Source: Chara braunii (taxonomy: Eukaryota > Plantae > Charophyceae). From it: a stretch of DNA of 49,491 nucleotides. Numbering within the stretch: the first letter of the stretch is position 1; every line of letters starts with the position of its first letter. A program made the translations under genes and the position numbers. Below the pieces are notes generated by a model. That model was not told where the DNA came from and did not search any database. It saw nothing but the letters and a program-made list of their open reading frames with translations. Of this stretch, positions 22,634 through 35,570 are shown one piece after another. The stretch is taken from the NCBI GenBank assembly GCA_003427395.1, contig BFEA01000023.1:707722-757212 (forward strand), in the 5' to 3' direction.

Positions 22634-25600
22634 ATGCGTGTGTGTGTGTGTGTGCTCGTGTGTGTGTGTGTTTGTGTGTGCTCGGGTGCATGTTTGTGTG
22701 CATGGGTGCGTGTGTGTGCGTGGGTCCGTGTGTGTGCATGGGTNNNNNNNNNNNNNNNNNNNNNNNNNNNNNNNNNNNNNNNNNNNNNNNNNNNNNNNNN
22801 NNNNNNNNNNNNNNNNNNNNNNNNNNNNNNNNNNNNNNNNNNNNNNNNNNNNNNNNNNNNNNNNNNNNNNNNNNNNNNNNNNNNNNNNNNNNNCTTGGGT
22901 GCGTGTGTGTGCATGGGTCCCTCTGTGTGTGTGTGTGTGTGTGCAATGCCGCAGTAGAAGGTGTGACTGGAAAAATTGGAAAGGAGAATGCGATGTGCTT
23001 GTGGTTTGTGATTCCCTTGATGGTGTGCTTGTGCAGACCTTTTGGTGGGACTTTCAAGGACTCATCAGGAGGTTGAACCCCTACGGTCTGTCCAGAATCC
23101 AATTGACTGACGAATGACTCCTCACCATACTCACCCGAAGGTAGTGATATCCTCGAGATAAGTTTGACTTACGTGGCTAGGTGGAAATACTGCTGAGAAC
23201 GGCAGTATTTCTGAGAAACCAGTCCATTTTTTCAGGAGTTATTTGAGGGGCTTGTTTAAAATGTTTTTTCTCACATGTGGGCCCCAGCGAAAAAGGAAAA
23301 ATGAAAAAAAGAGTGAGAGGGAATGTGGGGGTAAGAAATTATATTATGGACTCCCTTTCGGAACGGAAGAGATCAAAGAGTTTTGTTCAAATGTCCTGCC
23401 ATGGATTCTTGTTTGGAGCTCACTAAGAAAAGTCGTGTTGTGATTTTTTGTTAAAACGGAAATTCTATACAAAGTGCATCAAATTGATTGCTGTTTTAGG
23501 TGGGTTGGGGGAGTGGGTAGAGGGTAGGGGCGGTGAACCGGGTTAATTAAGGCTATGAAGGCTAGATCTTTTACAAAGGAGGACCGTTAACAGGGGGTAG
23601 GGACGGTGAACTGGGTTAATTAAGGCTATGAATGCTAGATTCTTTACGGAGGAGGATCTTTAGTCTGCACAATATGCACCCTTCAAATGGTCCAAATTGG
23701 CTGAAATCCCCACCACCCCTGTTTCTTCCCCCCCTCCCCGCCCCACAATTGAAGCCACTCGGATAAAAAATATAAAAAATATGAAAATTCTGGAGTCTTG
23801 TAACCTGTCTTCGGTGTCTCTGGCACTGTGAAGAGTAATGTGGCTGACGAGATGCCCTGAGTGGAAGAAGAAAATTGTAAGTGAAAATAGAAGAAAGGGT
23901 ATACGGATGATACTAGGAGCCGTGTGGATACCACGATTTGACTACTCTTAATGACCCGAATTTGGGCCCTTGGAAGAATGAAACAGTGCCATTCGGGGAT
24001 ATGGACTTGTCCTCTGTTCTGGCATTCCCGTCCTTGTATGTGAAAGGAAGGACATATCGACGATAAATACCCGAATCCCCCAAAATCGGGACCTTAAAAG
24101 GACCAAAAAGAGGGTTTAAACTGGGTATTCCCTCTGTTTTGAGATTGCCGATTGCCGACTTGTAGTTTGTGCACTGGGTATTGTGAAAGTGTTCGACTAG
24201 AGTGAGAAGAGAAACCTTTTTCTGAAGTCGTAGCCTTCGTTCCTGTTTTCACTCTTTGGGGGAAAAGGCACCGTTTATGCTTGCTGGACTTACGAGCTTG
24301 GGGGAAAGGGTGGTGGAAAAAAGATGGCAGAGGTCATCTAGTTTGAAGTGAGGATTCTGCCTCCCTTGTGCCTGGCTGGATGTGCTCCATGGGTGCCATG
24401 AGAAGAGAAACCTCTCGCTGTGAAGTCGTAGCCTTCGTTGCGGTTTTCACCCTTACCTTTCAAAAATGCACTTGAACTAATGAAGTGCTTGGGGGGAAAA
24501 AGGGGGCAAGTTGAGTGCAAAAAAGATGGAGAAGGTCGTCTAGTTTGAAGTGAGGGTGCTGCCTCACTTGTGGCTGGCTGGATGTGCTCCATGGGTGCCA
24601 TGTTGGGTTCTGCTGGTCGGGAATCAAATGCTCCTGATTTTGAATCGATTTCAATGAGTCCGTTGAAACCGTCAGATTCCCCTTTCTAATGAACCAGATA
24701 TAGGTTAGAATCTTTAGATAGGGGTCCAGGCCCTGCCCATTAGGTTACGATTAGGAGTCCAGGCAGGGTGGATAATTCTCCATTGTTTGGGGGAACTTCG
24801 GCATGCATGGAAGGGGGTGTGTGTGGTCTTTGGATTTTTGCTCGTGGCATGTGTTGAGCCAAACCCGGTGTTGGAGTTGGCTTACAATCTGTTCCCACTG
24901 TGCTTGGTTATAATATACTCCCATGGTGCTTTTTTTCATGGAGGTCCAACGAACCCCCAAAACATATCCAAGGGAGTAGAATGGCACCTTCGCTGCGCCT
25001 TGCACCTGTTGCCTTGTTCGGATGAGGTGCGCCGCAGTTCAAAACGGTTCCAAACAGTTCCAAACGGTTCCAAATGGTTCCAAATGGTTCCAAACGGTTC
25101 CAAATGGTCCCAAACACTTCCAAATGGTTCCAAACGGATCCAAACAGTTCCAAAATATCTTTTTGGTCCTGTTGCAGGTCTCTTCTCTGAGCAGAAGTAT
25201 TCTCGACACCTAGAATAACAACTACATCTGCGAAACTTGTCTCGACATGATTAAAAGTAAATGAGCAAAACCAGGTGCTTAAAAGTTTACTTGGTAAGGA
25301 TGGTTGCTTCTATTTTTCTATTGCTGACTAAATTAAAAGTAAATACTAAATATACACCAAATTCTCCTTCGGGTGCGTCGACAGACGTATTCATAGAAGA
25401 ATGTGGTCCAGACGTTCTTCCGTGTACAGTTTGAAATGATGAATGTCGCCTGGCCCCATGTGTCCTGTCTCTTATAATCTGACTGTGGGGATAGGGGAGG
25501 AGTACAGCACAGCTCGCAATGGGTGTATTTTTGATGGACTGAAATTTGGCTGGGCCCAAAACTGTCCCCAAATAATAATCTCAACTTTGCAGAGTCTGCA

Positions 25601-25644
25601 CTGTGGGTTTCTTGTACGTGTCCGAGAGGTGAAATTACGACTAG

Positions 25645-25679
<35 letters not shown>

Positions 25680-28600
25680 CACCGGTACAGGATGCTGTGG
25701 TGGAGCCCCTGAAGAAGTGCTCTGGATGGGGTAGAGGGTTGGTCTGTGACAGCCTTCCCCTTGGACATGTGTCTAGCGCCTCAAGGGTAAGGCAGCCCTT
25801 GAATCTGCAATGTTTTCCCTCTTCTGTGCTGTTGTGGAACTATCCTTGCCCGTGATATGCAACCGGGCCCCCAGATTGGAAGGGGTTTGTATATTTGTTG
25901 TAAAAAAAAAAAGAAAAGAAAAAAAGAATGCTGTGGTGAACCTTGGTGTTCCTATTGAGGTCACAGTTTCCCTTTTTTGTTTTTTCTTTTTCTTTTTTTT
26001 TTGTCGGAGTATGCCTCTTGAAGAAGATCTGTTGTGGTCGTGGAGTATACTCAAGACTGCTGTCTTCCCCTGAAGACAATGTTCGGTCATTATCGCTGTA
26101 CCGAAGACCGAAAGTTCGCCCCAAATACAGCTATAACGCTAGTATAAAGACCATATGTTCTATTCAGGGAAAGGCGGTAGGGGCTGTCTTGAATGGGCCT
26201 GGTCGGAATTGGGACCACATGCAGGCAACACAGACGTATATGCCTTCAATTCTGTGCGCATTCTTGTTCAGTTAGTTGTGGAGAATGTCTTAACTAGGCC
26301 TGGGACAGCAGTAGCGGACCCACATCTTTCACGTGGAATGTGACATTATGAGAAGTGGTCTTTGCTCCCTAAAAAAATCTTTGCTCCCGAAGAAAGCAAG
26401 GAATAGGAAAACACTCCCATCTGAGTCCATCATGAAGATGATTTTCTGTTGACAAAGAGTGTTCCTTTTATGGGGATTATAAGAGGTGGGCCCCACAGTA
26501 GTGGATGGAGTAGGGCCATCTTATTCACGCTTCCAGTTTGGTAGGGTGATTGGGGTGTGGTGACAGAGGTGCATTGGCTGCTTCGGCGATGAAGGGGTGC
26601 TGAGGAGATTGCTGTCATCCAGCCTTTGTTTTTCTGTTTTTTTTTTGCTTTTTGTTTTCGTTTCCTCCAGCAACGAAAGTTCGATGATGTTTCTGGTGAG
26701 GCGGGCAGTGCACATGTTGCTACTGTTATGTTTTGCGGTCGAAAAACGTTGGCAGACAAAAAAAAAGAGCAGAAAAAGAGGAGAGGGGGGGTGGGGGGAG
26801 GGGGAAGATCATAGTGGGGGAAGATCATAGTGACAGTGCATGATTGAGGGTATTGGCAATTTTTGGGATTTAGGTTTGCTTTCTTTGCTTCTTTTAGGGG
26901 GAAAAAATGTTGAAATGCCCCGGAAAGTTGGGGTATGTCGTCAGATACCCCTAAAAAGCTATGGATACGGCAAAATGCCCCTATGACAGTAGTGAACTTT
27001 GTGAAGTACCCCACTCACCTATTGGACCCATCATCTTTTGCATATACGTCTACTGGCCCCTTGGCAACTTATTGGACCCATCATTTCTTGCATATACCCC
27101 TACCCTTGGCAACTTATTGGACCCATCATTATTTTGCATATACCCCTACTGGGCCCTTGGCGACTTATCTAAATGGCGCAGTATTTGTGTCCCTTGGACC
27201 CTGCAGATGTTGAAAGAAATGCACGGGCCCCTGCATCTGGCGAAGTTGCCCATGACCAGGACAGGGGCAGATGCAGAAGTTCGGGGCAATTTGACATATC
27301 CCTGTGTTTTAGGGGTATGTAGTGAAATACCCCAAGTTTAAGGGGTATTTCAACTATTTTCCCTTCTTTTTATCTTTTGGTGCGCGTAGCTGCCATGCAG
27401 TGAGGCTGAGACCAATCAAATAATCTGAGTGAGGACGCCGCCCCCGATAAACCGGGCGGGCCAAAAAGCCGTCCAGAAATATATACATACATATTTTTTG
27501 AAACCGGGGTTGTTCTGCGCTTGGCGAGAGGACCCCGAATCTGCAATAAAATTTTGGTTTTGGGGGGTGGTGGTGGGGGTTTTGGTCTGGGTGGGGGATG
27601 CTGGTGTTGAGGGGGTGTCTGTGATGTGGCGCAGATGCGTTTTTTTCTTCTGTTTTTTTTTGTAAGGGGTGTGTGTGTATACAAGCGGGAGAGAGAGAGA
27701 GAGAGAGGGAATGGATCCCCTTAACACGGCTTAGATGGCCCATGCAGGGTATCTGAAGGGTACTCACAGCCATGTAGCGCAGACCCCCCCACCAAAATCG
27801 AGGCAGGCAGAGAATATGAAGTAGAGCACGAGCTGGCCGAATATATACTCAAGATTCAAAATTAGGTCTGTGTTTCAGCAATGGGTTGCTCACGTAGCTA
27901 GGCCCTGTTGGTCTCTGCACGTGACTCTTAGGGCTTGGCTGCACTACTCACAAAATGTGCAAAATTAGAATGAATCTTCTGCAGAACGTGGAATAATACA
28001 CCACCTGTCTTTTGTGCCTTTGGTGAGTAGAGGCCCTCATATGGCGGCACAAGAAAGAACATGAAAGACACACGGGTGCCAATGCCGGCACAAGAAAGAA
28101 CATGAAAGACACATGGGTGCCAATGCACTGGACATGCAGTTTGAGCAAGTCACTTGGGTTCAGGAATGAGAGAAGTCTCATGGAGTCAAGGAGGGGAGGG
28201 AGGTGGAAGGCTTCTTGCAGGAAAACTGCTCAATCAATCGGCTTTTTGCAGGAAAACTGCGCGTTCTTTGATCGAGTCATTGCAAGAAGCTGATTGACGA
28301 AGCAGGCTTCCAAGAACGAGCTTGGTGTTGTTGATCTTGTGTGGCCCATTTGCTCTCTGATTGCTGACTGTGCCAATGTGTCATTGCACTTTTCCTTGTG
28401 CATCTGTCGCGATTCGCTTGTTTTGTTATGCAACAGCGGAACTGCTCAAGTTCTACGAAGACATGTACAGAATGCGGCGCATGGAGATTGCTTCTGACAA
28501 TTTGTATAAAAGCAAGTTTATTAGAGGTTTCTGCCATTTGTACGATGGACAAGAGGCGGTAAGCATTGGCTGATCATGTCTAGGGCTGGGTTGATCAGAT

Positions 28601-28693
28601 CTGGAAACCTTATTTCGACCCCACTGGAGGTGATTGACCATAAGTGGAGAGTATATTGCATCTTTCCTGTAAATTAGAAGGTGGTGGGAGTGG

Positions 28694-28776
<83 letters not shown>

Positions 28777-28893
28777 NNNNNNNNNNNNNNNNNNNNNNNN
28801 NNNNNNNNNNNNNNNNNNNNNNNNNNNNNNNNNNNNNNNNNNNNNNNNNNNNNNNNNNNNNNNNNNNNNNNNNNNNNNNNNNTCCACAAAGAA

Positions 28894-28965
<72 letters not shown>

Positions 28966-29008
28966 GTATTACATATCTTTCGGTGAAGCACGTTCCACAA
29001 AGAACATG

Positions 29009-29048
<40 letters not shown>

Positions 29049-31463
29049 GAAATATCTTTGGGTGAAGCACGTTTCACAAAGAACATGTGCAGTGCATTGG
29101 CACCCGTATGTCTTTTATGTTCATTTCCGTGCCGGCATTGCCTGCAGCTCCTGCACCGTGGGTGCCGTGGCAGTCGTGAATGTGGCTCTCTGTAACACAT
29201 TCTTTTTCAATCATTGCTAAGGTAGTCCTTTCAGTAATGCTAAATGAATTGAAGACATTTCTCTGGTTAGATGCAGTTGTATTGCCAAGGCATGGCGCTC
29301 CAAAGAGTATGATGATTCCGAAGAAGCGTGACGTGTGGCCAGGGCCGTAGGGGCTCTTTGTGCGTGATGAACGTGATCTGTATGTCATTCTAGTGTTTCC
29401 ATGCAGCCAAGTGGACCCTGAGCGTTGGTACCCAATTTCTGATCTCCGTGCTGGCTGGTTCTCCTCATCTGATGTTTGTTAATGGAAGCAGCTGCTCTCT
29501 CATGCTGCCTCTGCTATCTCGCGTCATACTTGAGCCACCCATGGAAAAGCAACCGAAACATTTTTTTAAATGTGGAATCGGTTTGTTAGTGCCTTGTAAT
29601 TATGGAATAAAAGGTCCTTAGCTGACCTTGCATCTGTAATGTAGGTGATGTCAGTTCTAATGACCAGAGCTGACTTTGGGAAGTTTATGACTTAGGGTTT
29701 ATCATTGTCTGATTGGCTTCTGTACTTCATCTTTCTTTCTTTCTTTCTTTTTTCTTTTATTTTCTTTTTTATGTTTCTGTAATGTCTCGCTCATTCTGTC
29801 CTCCCTCCCCCGCCGCCCTCTGCCTCTCTTCCTCCTCCCTCTTTGTATTGTACTACTACTTTGAATTTTCGTTTTTTTCCGTTTATGTCTTCTGCTGTTT
29901 TCATAAGAGTGTTTTTGGTTAATTTGTGAGGATTTGTGGAAGTGGTTGGTTATCAGTGCATGGGCCAAGCGCTATAGCTGTTCATTTTGATATTGACATA
30001 TGGGTCATGCGATTTCTTGACGATTGGACTTCTTGTTTGATGCTCTCTCTTGCAGGTCTGTGTGGGCATGGAAGCGTCCCTTACACGTGATGACTGTATA
30101 ATCACGGCGTACAGGGATCACTGTACACATGTTGGCCGAGGCGGTACAATCCCTGAGGTGGGTGGGTGAACATCCTCTCTCTCTCTCTATATATATCTCT
30201 CTTTTTTTTTTTTTTTTTGCTGGTGTCTCTTTTGTTTCCTATTTGTTGGTTGAATTACCGTCTGGTTTCAGAGAATTTTTTTAATTACCCGACGTAATAT
30301 GTATGTACGTGCTGTATGAGCAAACAATTTCTTTAATTGCGCATGAATTCGAATCCGTATGCAATCTGATAAGTTAATGACTGTGAATTAGATGCGTCAA
30401 CAATTGATAGACAGATCAGAGTTCTAGTCCCTACAGATTGGACAAGCAAACAACTTGGAATTACCTTGGACCGGTACTTCGGACCGGCAGCTCTGTGATA
30501 ATATTTCATGGATGACACGACCGACATCCTTTACTGTTTGCGCGTTTATAGAATGCTTAGGAGGGTATACACTTGCATCTGGTCCATGTGAGGATGTTTC
30601 CCATTTGCAGGTTGTGACTGCACATGAAGAACATGCGGTGGGTGTGTTGTTGTGGAATCGCACATAAAAATAGTTGCTTGTTGGATTGCCATTGTGCAGT
30701 ACACATTTAGTGTATGCTTTCACACACCATGGGGAGCACCTCACTTTCACACCCAGAAGGTATGGGGGTTATATATGAACAACACTGGGTGTCATACGTG
30801 TGTGCAGGTGATGGCGGAGTTGATGGGAAAGAAGGATGGATGCTCTAAGGGGAAAGGAGGGTCCATGCACATGTATCGTAAGGATCTCAATTTCTATGGT
30901 GGCAATGGGATTGTTGGTGCCCAGGTAAGAGCTGCTTTTCACCTGTCCTCTGGTGGTGGACATAGGGCATAACAGTTGGTTGTGTGTGTGCGTGGGTGNN
31001 NNNNNNNNNNNNNNNNNNNNNNNNNNNNNNNNNNNNNNNNNNNNNNNNNNNNNNNNNNNNNNNNNNNNNNNNNNNNNNNNNNNNNNNNNNNNNNNNNNNN
31101 NNNNNNNNNNNNNNNNNNNNNNNNNNNNNNNNNNNNNNNNNNNNNNNNNNNNNNNNNNNNNNNNNNNNNNNNNNNNNNNNNNNNNNNNNNNNNNNNNNNN
31201 NNNNNNNNNNNNNNNNNNNNNNNNNNNNNNNNNNNNNNNNNNNNNNNNNNNNNNNNNNNNNNNNNNNNNNNNNNNNNNNNNNNNNNNNNNNNNNNNNNNN
31301 NNNNNNNNNNNNNNNNNNNNNNNNNNNNNNNNNNNNNNNNNNNNNNNNNNNNNNNNNNNNNNNNNNNNNNNNNNNNNNNNNNNNNNNNNNNNNNNNNNNN
31401 NNNNNNNNNNNNNNNNNNNNNNNNNNNNNNNNNNNNNNNNNNNNNNNNNNNNNNNNNNNNNNN

Positions 31464-31505
<42 letters not shown>

Positions 31506-31518
31506 CTATACGCAAGTC

Positions 31519-31559
<41 letters not shown>

Positions 31560-32931
31560 CCTGGAGAAGCGATGGAAATAGTCAATAAACGGTTGTCATA
31601 TAAATAACGGTGGGATTGTCCGTAAACAGTGTGAAGTAATATATTATTGATTTGTGTATATGATGATGTAAGGTCTGCATAGCCGTTTGGCTGTAATTCA
31701 TTTTGCCAGGATAACCTGGATAAGTAATTAATAAGAATACATTTTAAATTCCTCTGGGACATCTGTTAAAATTGGAACAATACAGAGAAGATTAGCATGA
31801 CCCGTGCGCAACAATGACGCACGTAAATCGAGAAATGGTCCAAATTATTAAAGAAAGAAACAATTCAATACATGTGTTTTCCGGAATGTGGTATGGAGTA
31901 CCAGGGAGGAAGAAAGTGTGGTTATTGGTATTAAGTTGTCAACTCATGAATTTATAATTAAATTAATTGATGAAAATTTGATTTTACACCCCCCCCTCCC
32001 CGGGACCCCCTGACAGGTTCATTTGGGCTGTGGGGGTTTTGACTGCCTCTTGCTGGGTCTTCTGATTTGATTTCTCTCTGATATCCAGATTATGTGTGTC
32101 TATGGTTGCTGGTGATAAGCAACCGGACTGTTGCTCTCCAGGACAGATGGGGCTTGTGCCTGGTTAAAAAAAAAAAAAAAAAAAAGGAAAATGAGAAAAA
32201 AAAGGATTTTGCTTCAGCGTGGATGCTTGGCACTTCTCCACCTCGCTAAGCAATATTGTTAGTACTTAGTTGCAAACATGTGGTTTGTGCTAGCCGTGTT
32301 TCCTGAAAAGTTCAAATTGACAGTAACATTAACTCAATTGACATTAACATAATAAGGATAAGGAGATTCTTTCTATTTAAAAAGAGTCCCCAAATATGTA
32401 AAAGAAAAAGAATCATTGAAAATGTTATATATTTCACTAAATCCATATTCCGATATTTGTATTAATGATTTATCCCCATTTTCTACATTGGTGGCTATTA
32501 TTATTATTTGCCAACTGCTAGTACTTGCTATGGATCAGTCGAGTAACTGACTTAGATTGTTCGTCATCTACTATTGGAATTGCGATTGAAACGTTGGCGA
32601 GCAGACTCCTATCGGTGCAGGAATTGCTTTTGCATTGAAGTACAACAAAGTACCGGTAAGTAGTTTTTTGTTTTTTGTTTTTGTCGAATATTTCACCCCC
32701 TTCGATTCCACCTGTTGCATGCAGCCATGCAAATATACGCTGACACACGTGTACTTAGCGCAAGAAGCAGTGGATTGTTCATAAAGTGTACTTAGTGCAA
32801 GGAGCAGTCAATTTTTTTTATTTTTTTTATTTTTTTTATCCCTCTGCCTGATTCTTAGCTTTCGTAGTCAATTGGGTGTATCTTTTTGGAACTGGCTGTC
32901 TCCTGACCAAAGAATTGAACATTGGTTTTTG

Positions 32932-32975
<44 letters not shown>

Positions 32976-35435
32976 AAGGAACTGAACATTGGGCGCACTT
33001 CTGCTGTGTTTGGATATTCCTGTTTGATTTTGCAGGCTGTTTGTATTGCCATGTATGGTGATGGCGCAGCTAATCAAGGACAGGTACGGTAGGGCGAAGT
33101 AGAACTGCCTGTTATGTGATGTTTTCATAAGAGTCGAGACATTTGCTCTCTCTTTTATCACGTTGCAATACCACGGCAACTTCGCCGGCAAGAGTGCATG
33201 TTTTTTTTGGTCTTTTTTTTTTGTTGTTGTTGAACATTGGATGTGCAACAGATGTGGGTAATGCTTGGGGATTTTGTTTTTTCCCCCCTTGTTTCGTTGT
33301 TATTGAAGGTGTTAGCCTTCTGATCTTTTGCAGTGCTGGTGCCCACGATTACTGTCCGGTCAGGTCACTCTACAAAGAACTGGTACAAGGGTATTATACT
33401 ACTATGATCCTCGTTAAGAGCTAGGGTAAGGGGTATTGTGGTCCTTGATGAGGTAGGATAATGGGTATTGTGGTCCTCAGCGAGGTAGCATACGGGTATT
33501 ATGGCCGTCCTCATTGAGGTAGTGTAAGGGGTATTATGGTCACACCCCGATGGTCGTTGTCTTGTCGGCTCACTCCCAAGTATTGGTACAAGGGATTGGT
33601 AGAAGGGTATTATACTATTATGGTCCTCCATGAGGTGGACTAGAGGGAGTGGGTGCGTGCCCGGGAACATCGAGAGGTGGAAGGATGGGGACTGTCGAGA
33701 AGTGGAAGGATGGGGACTCATGATAGATTGTGTCCCAAGACAGCAAGTCCCCACATCCACACACACATCCACACACGCATCCACCTGCGCGTCCACCTGG
33801 GCATCCAGCCCGCCATTGTGCAAGTTTTTTGTGTTCGATTCATAGCATGTGCAAGTTTTCACGGTTTTGCACTGTCAGCAGTGAACGCTTTCTTTGTCTT
33901 CATTTGTGGGGTTGGACGTGTTGCAAGTCGCACGATGCTTGCGTGCTAGACCATTAGAAAAAAACTAGCTATTACCGATTCGACTTTCTGAGATACGAGG
34001 AGCAGTGTTGTTCTGCACCACACCGACCTTTTTCATCTCCTGCCATTGAGAGGAGGATCGGTGTGTTTTTTTAAAGTGTGCTGTACAACTCTGAAGTCTG
34101 TACACATTGAGAAGAAGAAGATTCATACGAAAGGTGAAACAGAGGCTGAAAATCGCTGGTAGATCATTAATGCCTGTATACAGTGTATATAGTATATACC
34201 ATAATAAAATGTCTGTTTCCATGCGCATTTTCGTAACGCTACCTGTGCGTGCTATGGCGAGACAATCATGGCCGCAAGTCTAATTCCAGCCCAGGTAACA
34301 TGACTGTGTCAGGTTGGCAGACCTGACGAGCAGCAGTCGTTAGCGGAATTCAAACTATGTTTGGATGTCGTCTGTTTTCTCCGTTTTCTAAGTAATGGAT
34401 CCAGCCTGGTCTTGGAAAGGAGTTGGAGGTGTAATGTTGCTTTCAAACACCAAACAGAGGTGACCCACTGGACTCAATGTCACTCGATGCAAGAGTGAAA
34501 GGTGAAACCCACATCTTGCTCCTGTGTGATGTGTCTGGGAAAAAAAGGGAAAAATCACAGGTATAGGAGGAGGAGGAGGAGGAGGAGGTGGTGGCGGCAT
34601 TAAAAGCTAATATGGCAAAGAAGTAGAAGTAGAAGGGAAAAAACGAGACAAAGAAGAAGAGGATGGATAGACAAGGAAACGTTTTCAATGTGGAAATCCA
34701 GGAGTCTAGGTATTTCTGCACTTGGGTGTGTAACACAAGGAAAAGTCGTACAAGGAAAAAAACGAGACAAAGAAGAAGAGGATGGACAAAGAATCGTTTT
34801 CATGTGGAAATCCCAGGAGTCGAGGTTTTGACAAAATTGATTCCATCTACGTTTAATACAAAGTGTGAAAAGTCAAAACTCCATGCACGTGTGAAAAGTC
34901 AAACAAGCATGAGTATCGTCAGATCTGTTGCAGAGTAGGTCGAGTGTATGTAAGCAATCCATACGTTGTTGAGAGTGCAGTGTCGGTGTCTGCTGTCCTT
35001 GCATTGTGATGGTCTGTCGGACCTTTTTCTAACTTGATGGCTTGTAAATGTGTTGGCTCTCTGTGCAGCTATTTGAGGCGATGAACATGTCCGCTTTGTG
35101 GAGTCTGCCAATTATCTACGTGTGTGAGAATAACCAGTACGTCGTCGTCCACCGAATTTTCCTTTCTTTTTTAAGCTTTTTTTTTTTTTTTCCCCCTCTT
35201 CCTCCCCCTGCCGCCCTTTTTTTTGTTCCTTTATTCAAACGGTCTTGAGATATTATTGTGAGACTGACAAGCTCCAGGTAATTCAAGAATTTCAGTCATC
35301 TTGGTCCATTTGAATTCGATCTCAGGTCTGTATTTCAAAGGTCTGTTCGTGTACCAATTGAGCTAGGCGCCTCAGTCGTGCTCCCGATTTTCTGCGAATT
35401 TGTGATGTTTCTTTTTTCCTCCATTCCAACTTTGT

Positions 35436-35486
<51 letters not shown>

Positions 35487-35487
35487 N

Positions 35488-35570
<83 letters not shown>

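Noticed and set aside
22500-23117. Long ORFs crossing N-gaps and (TG)n/(GA)n tracts (also at 28.6-29.2, 30.8-31.8 and 47.7-48.3 kb)
   Set aside because: Artefacts of stop-free repeats and Ns.
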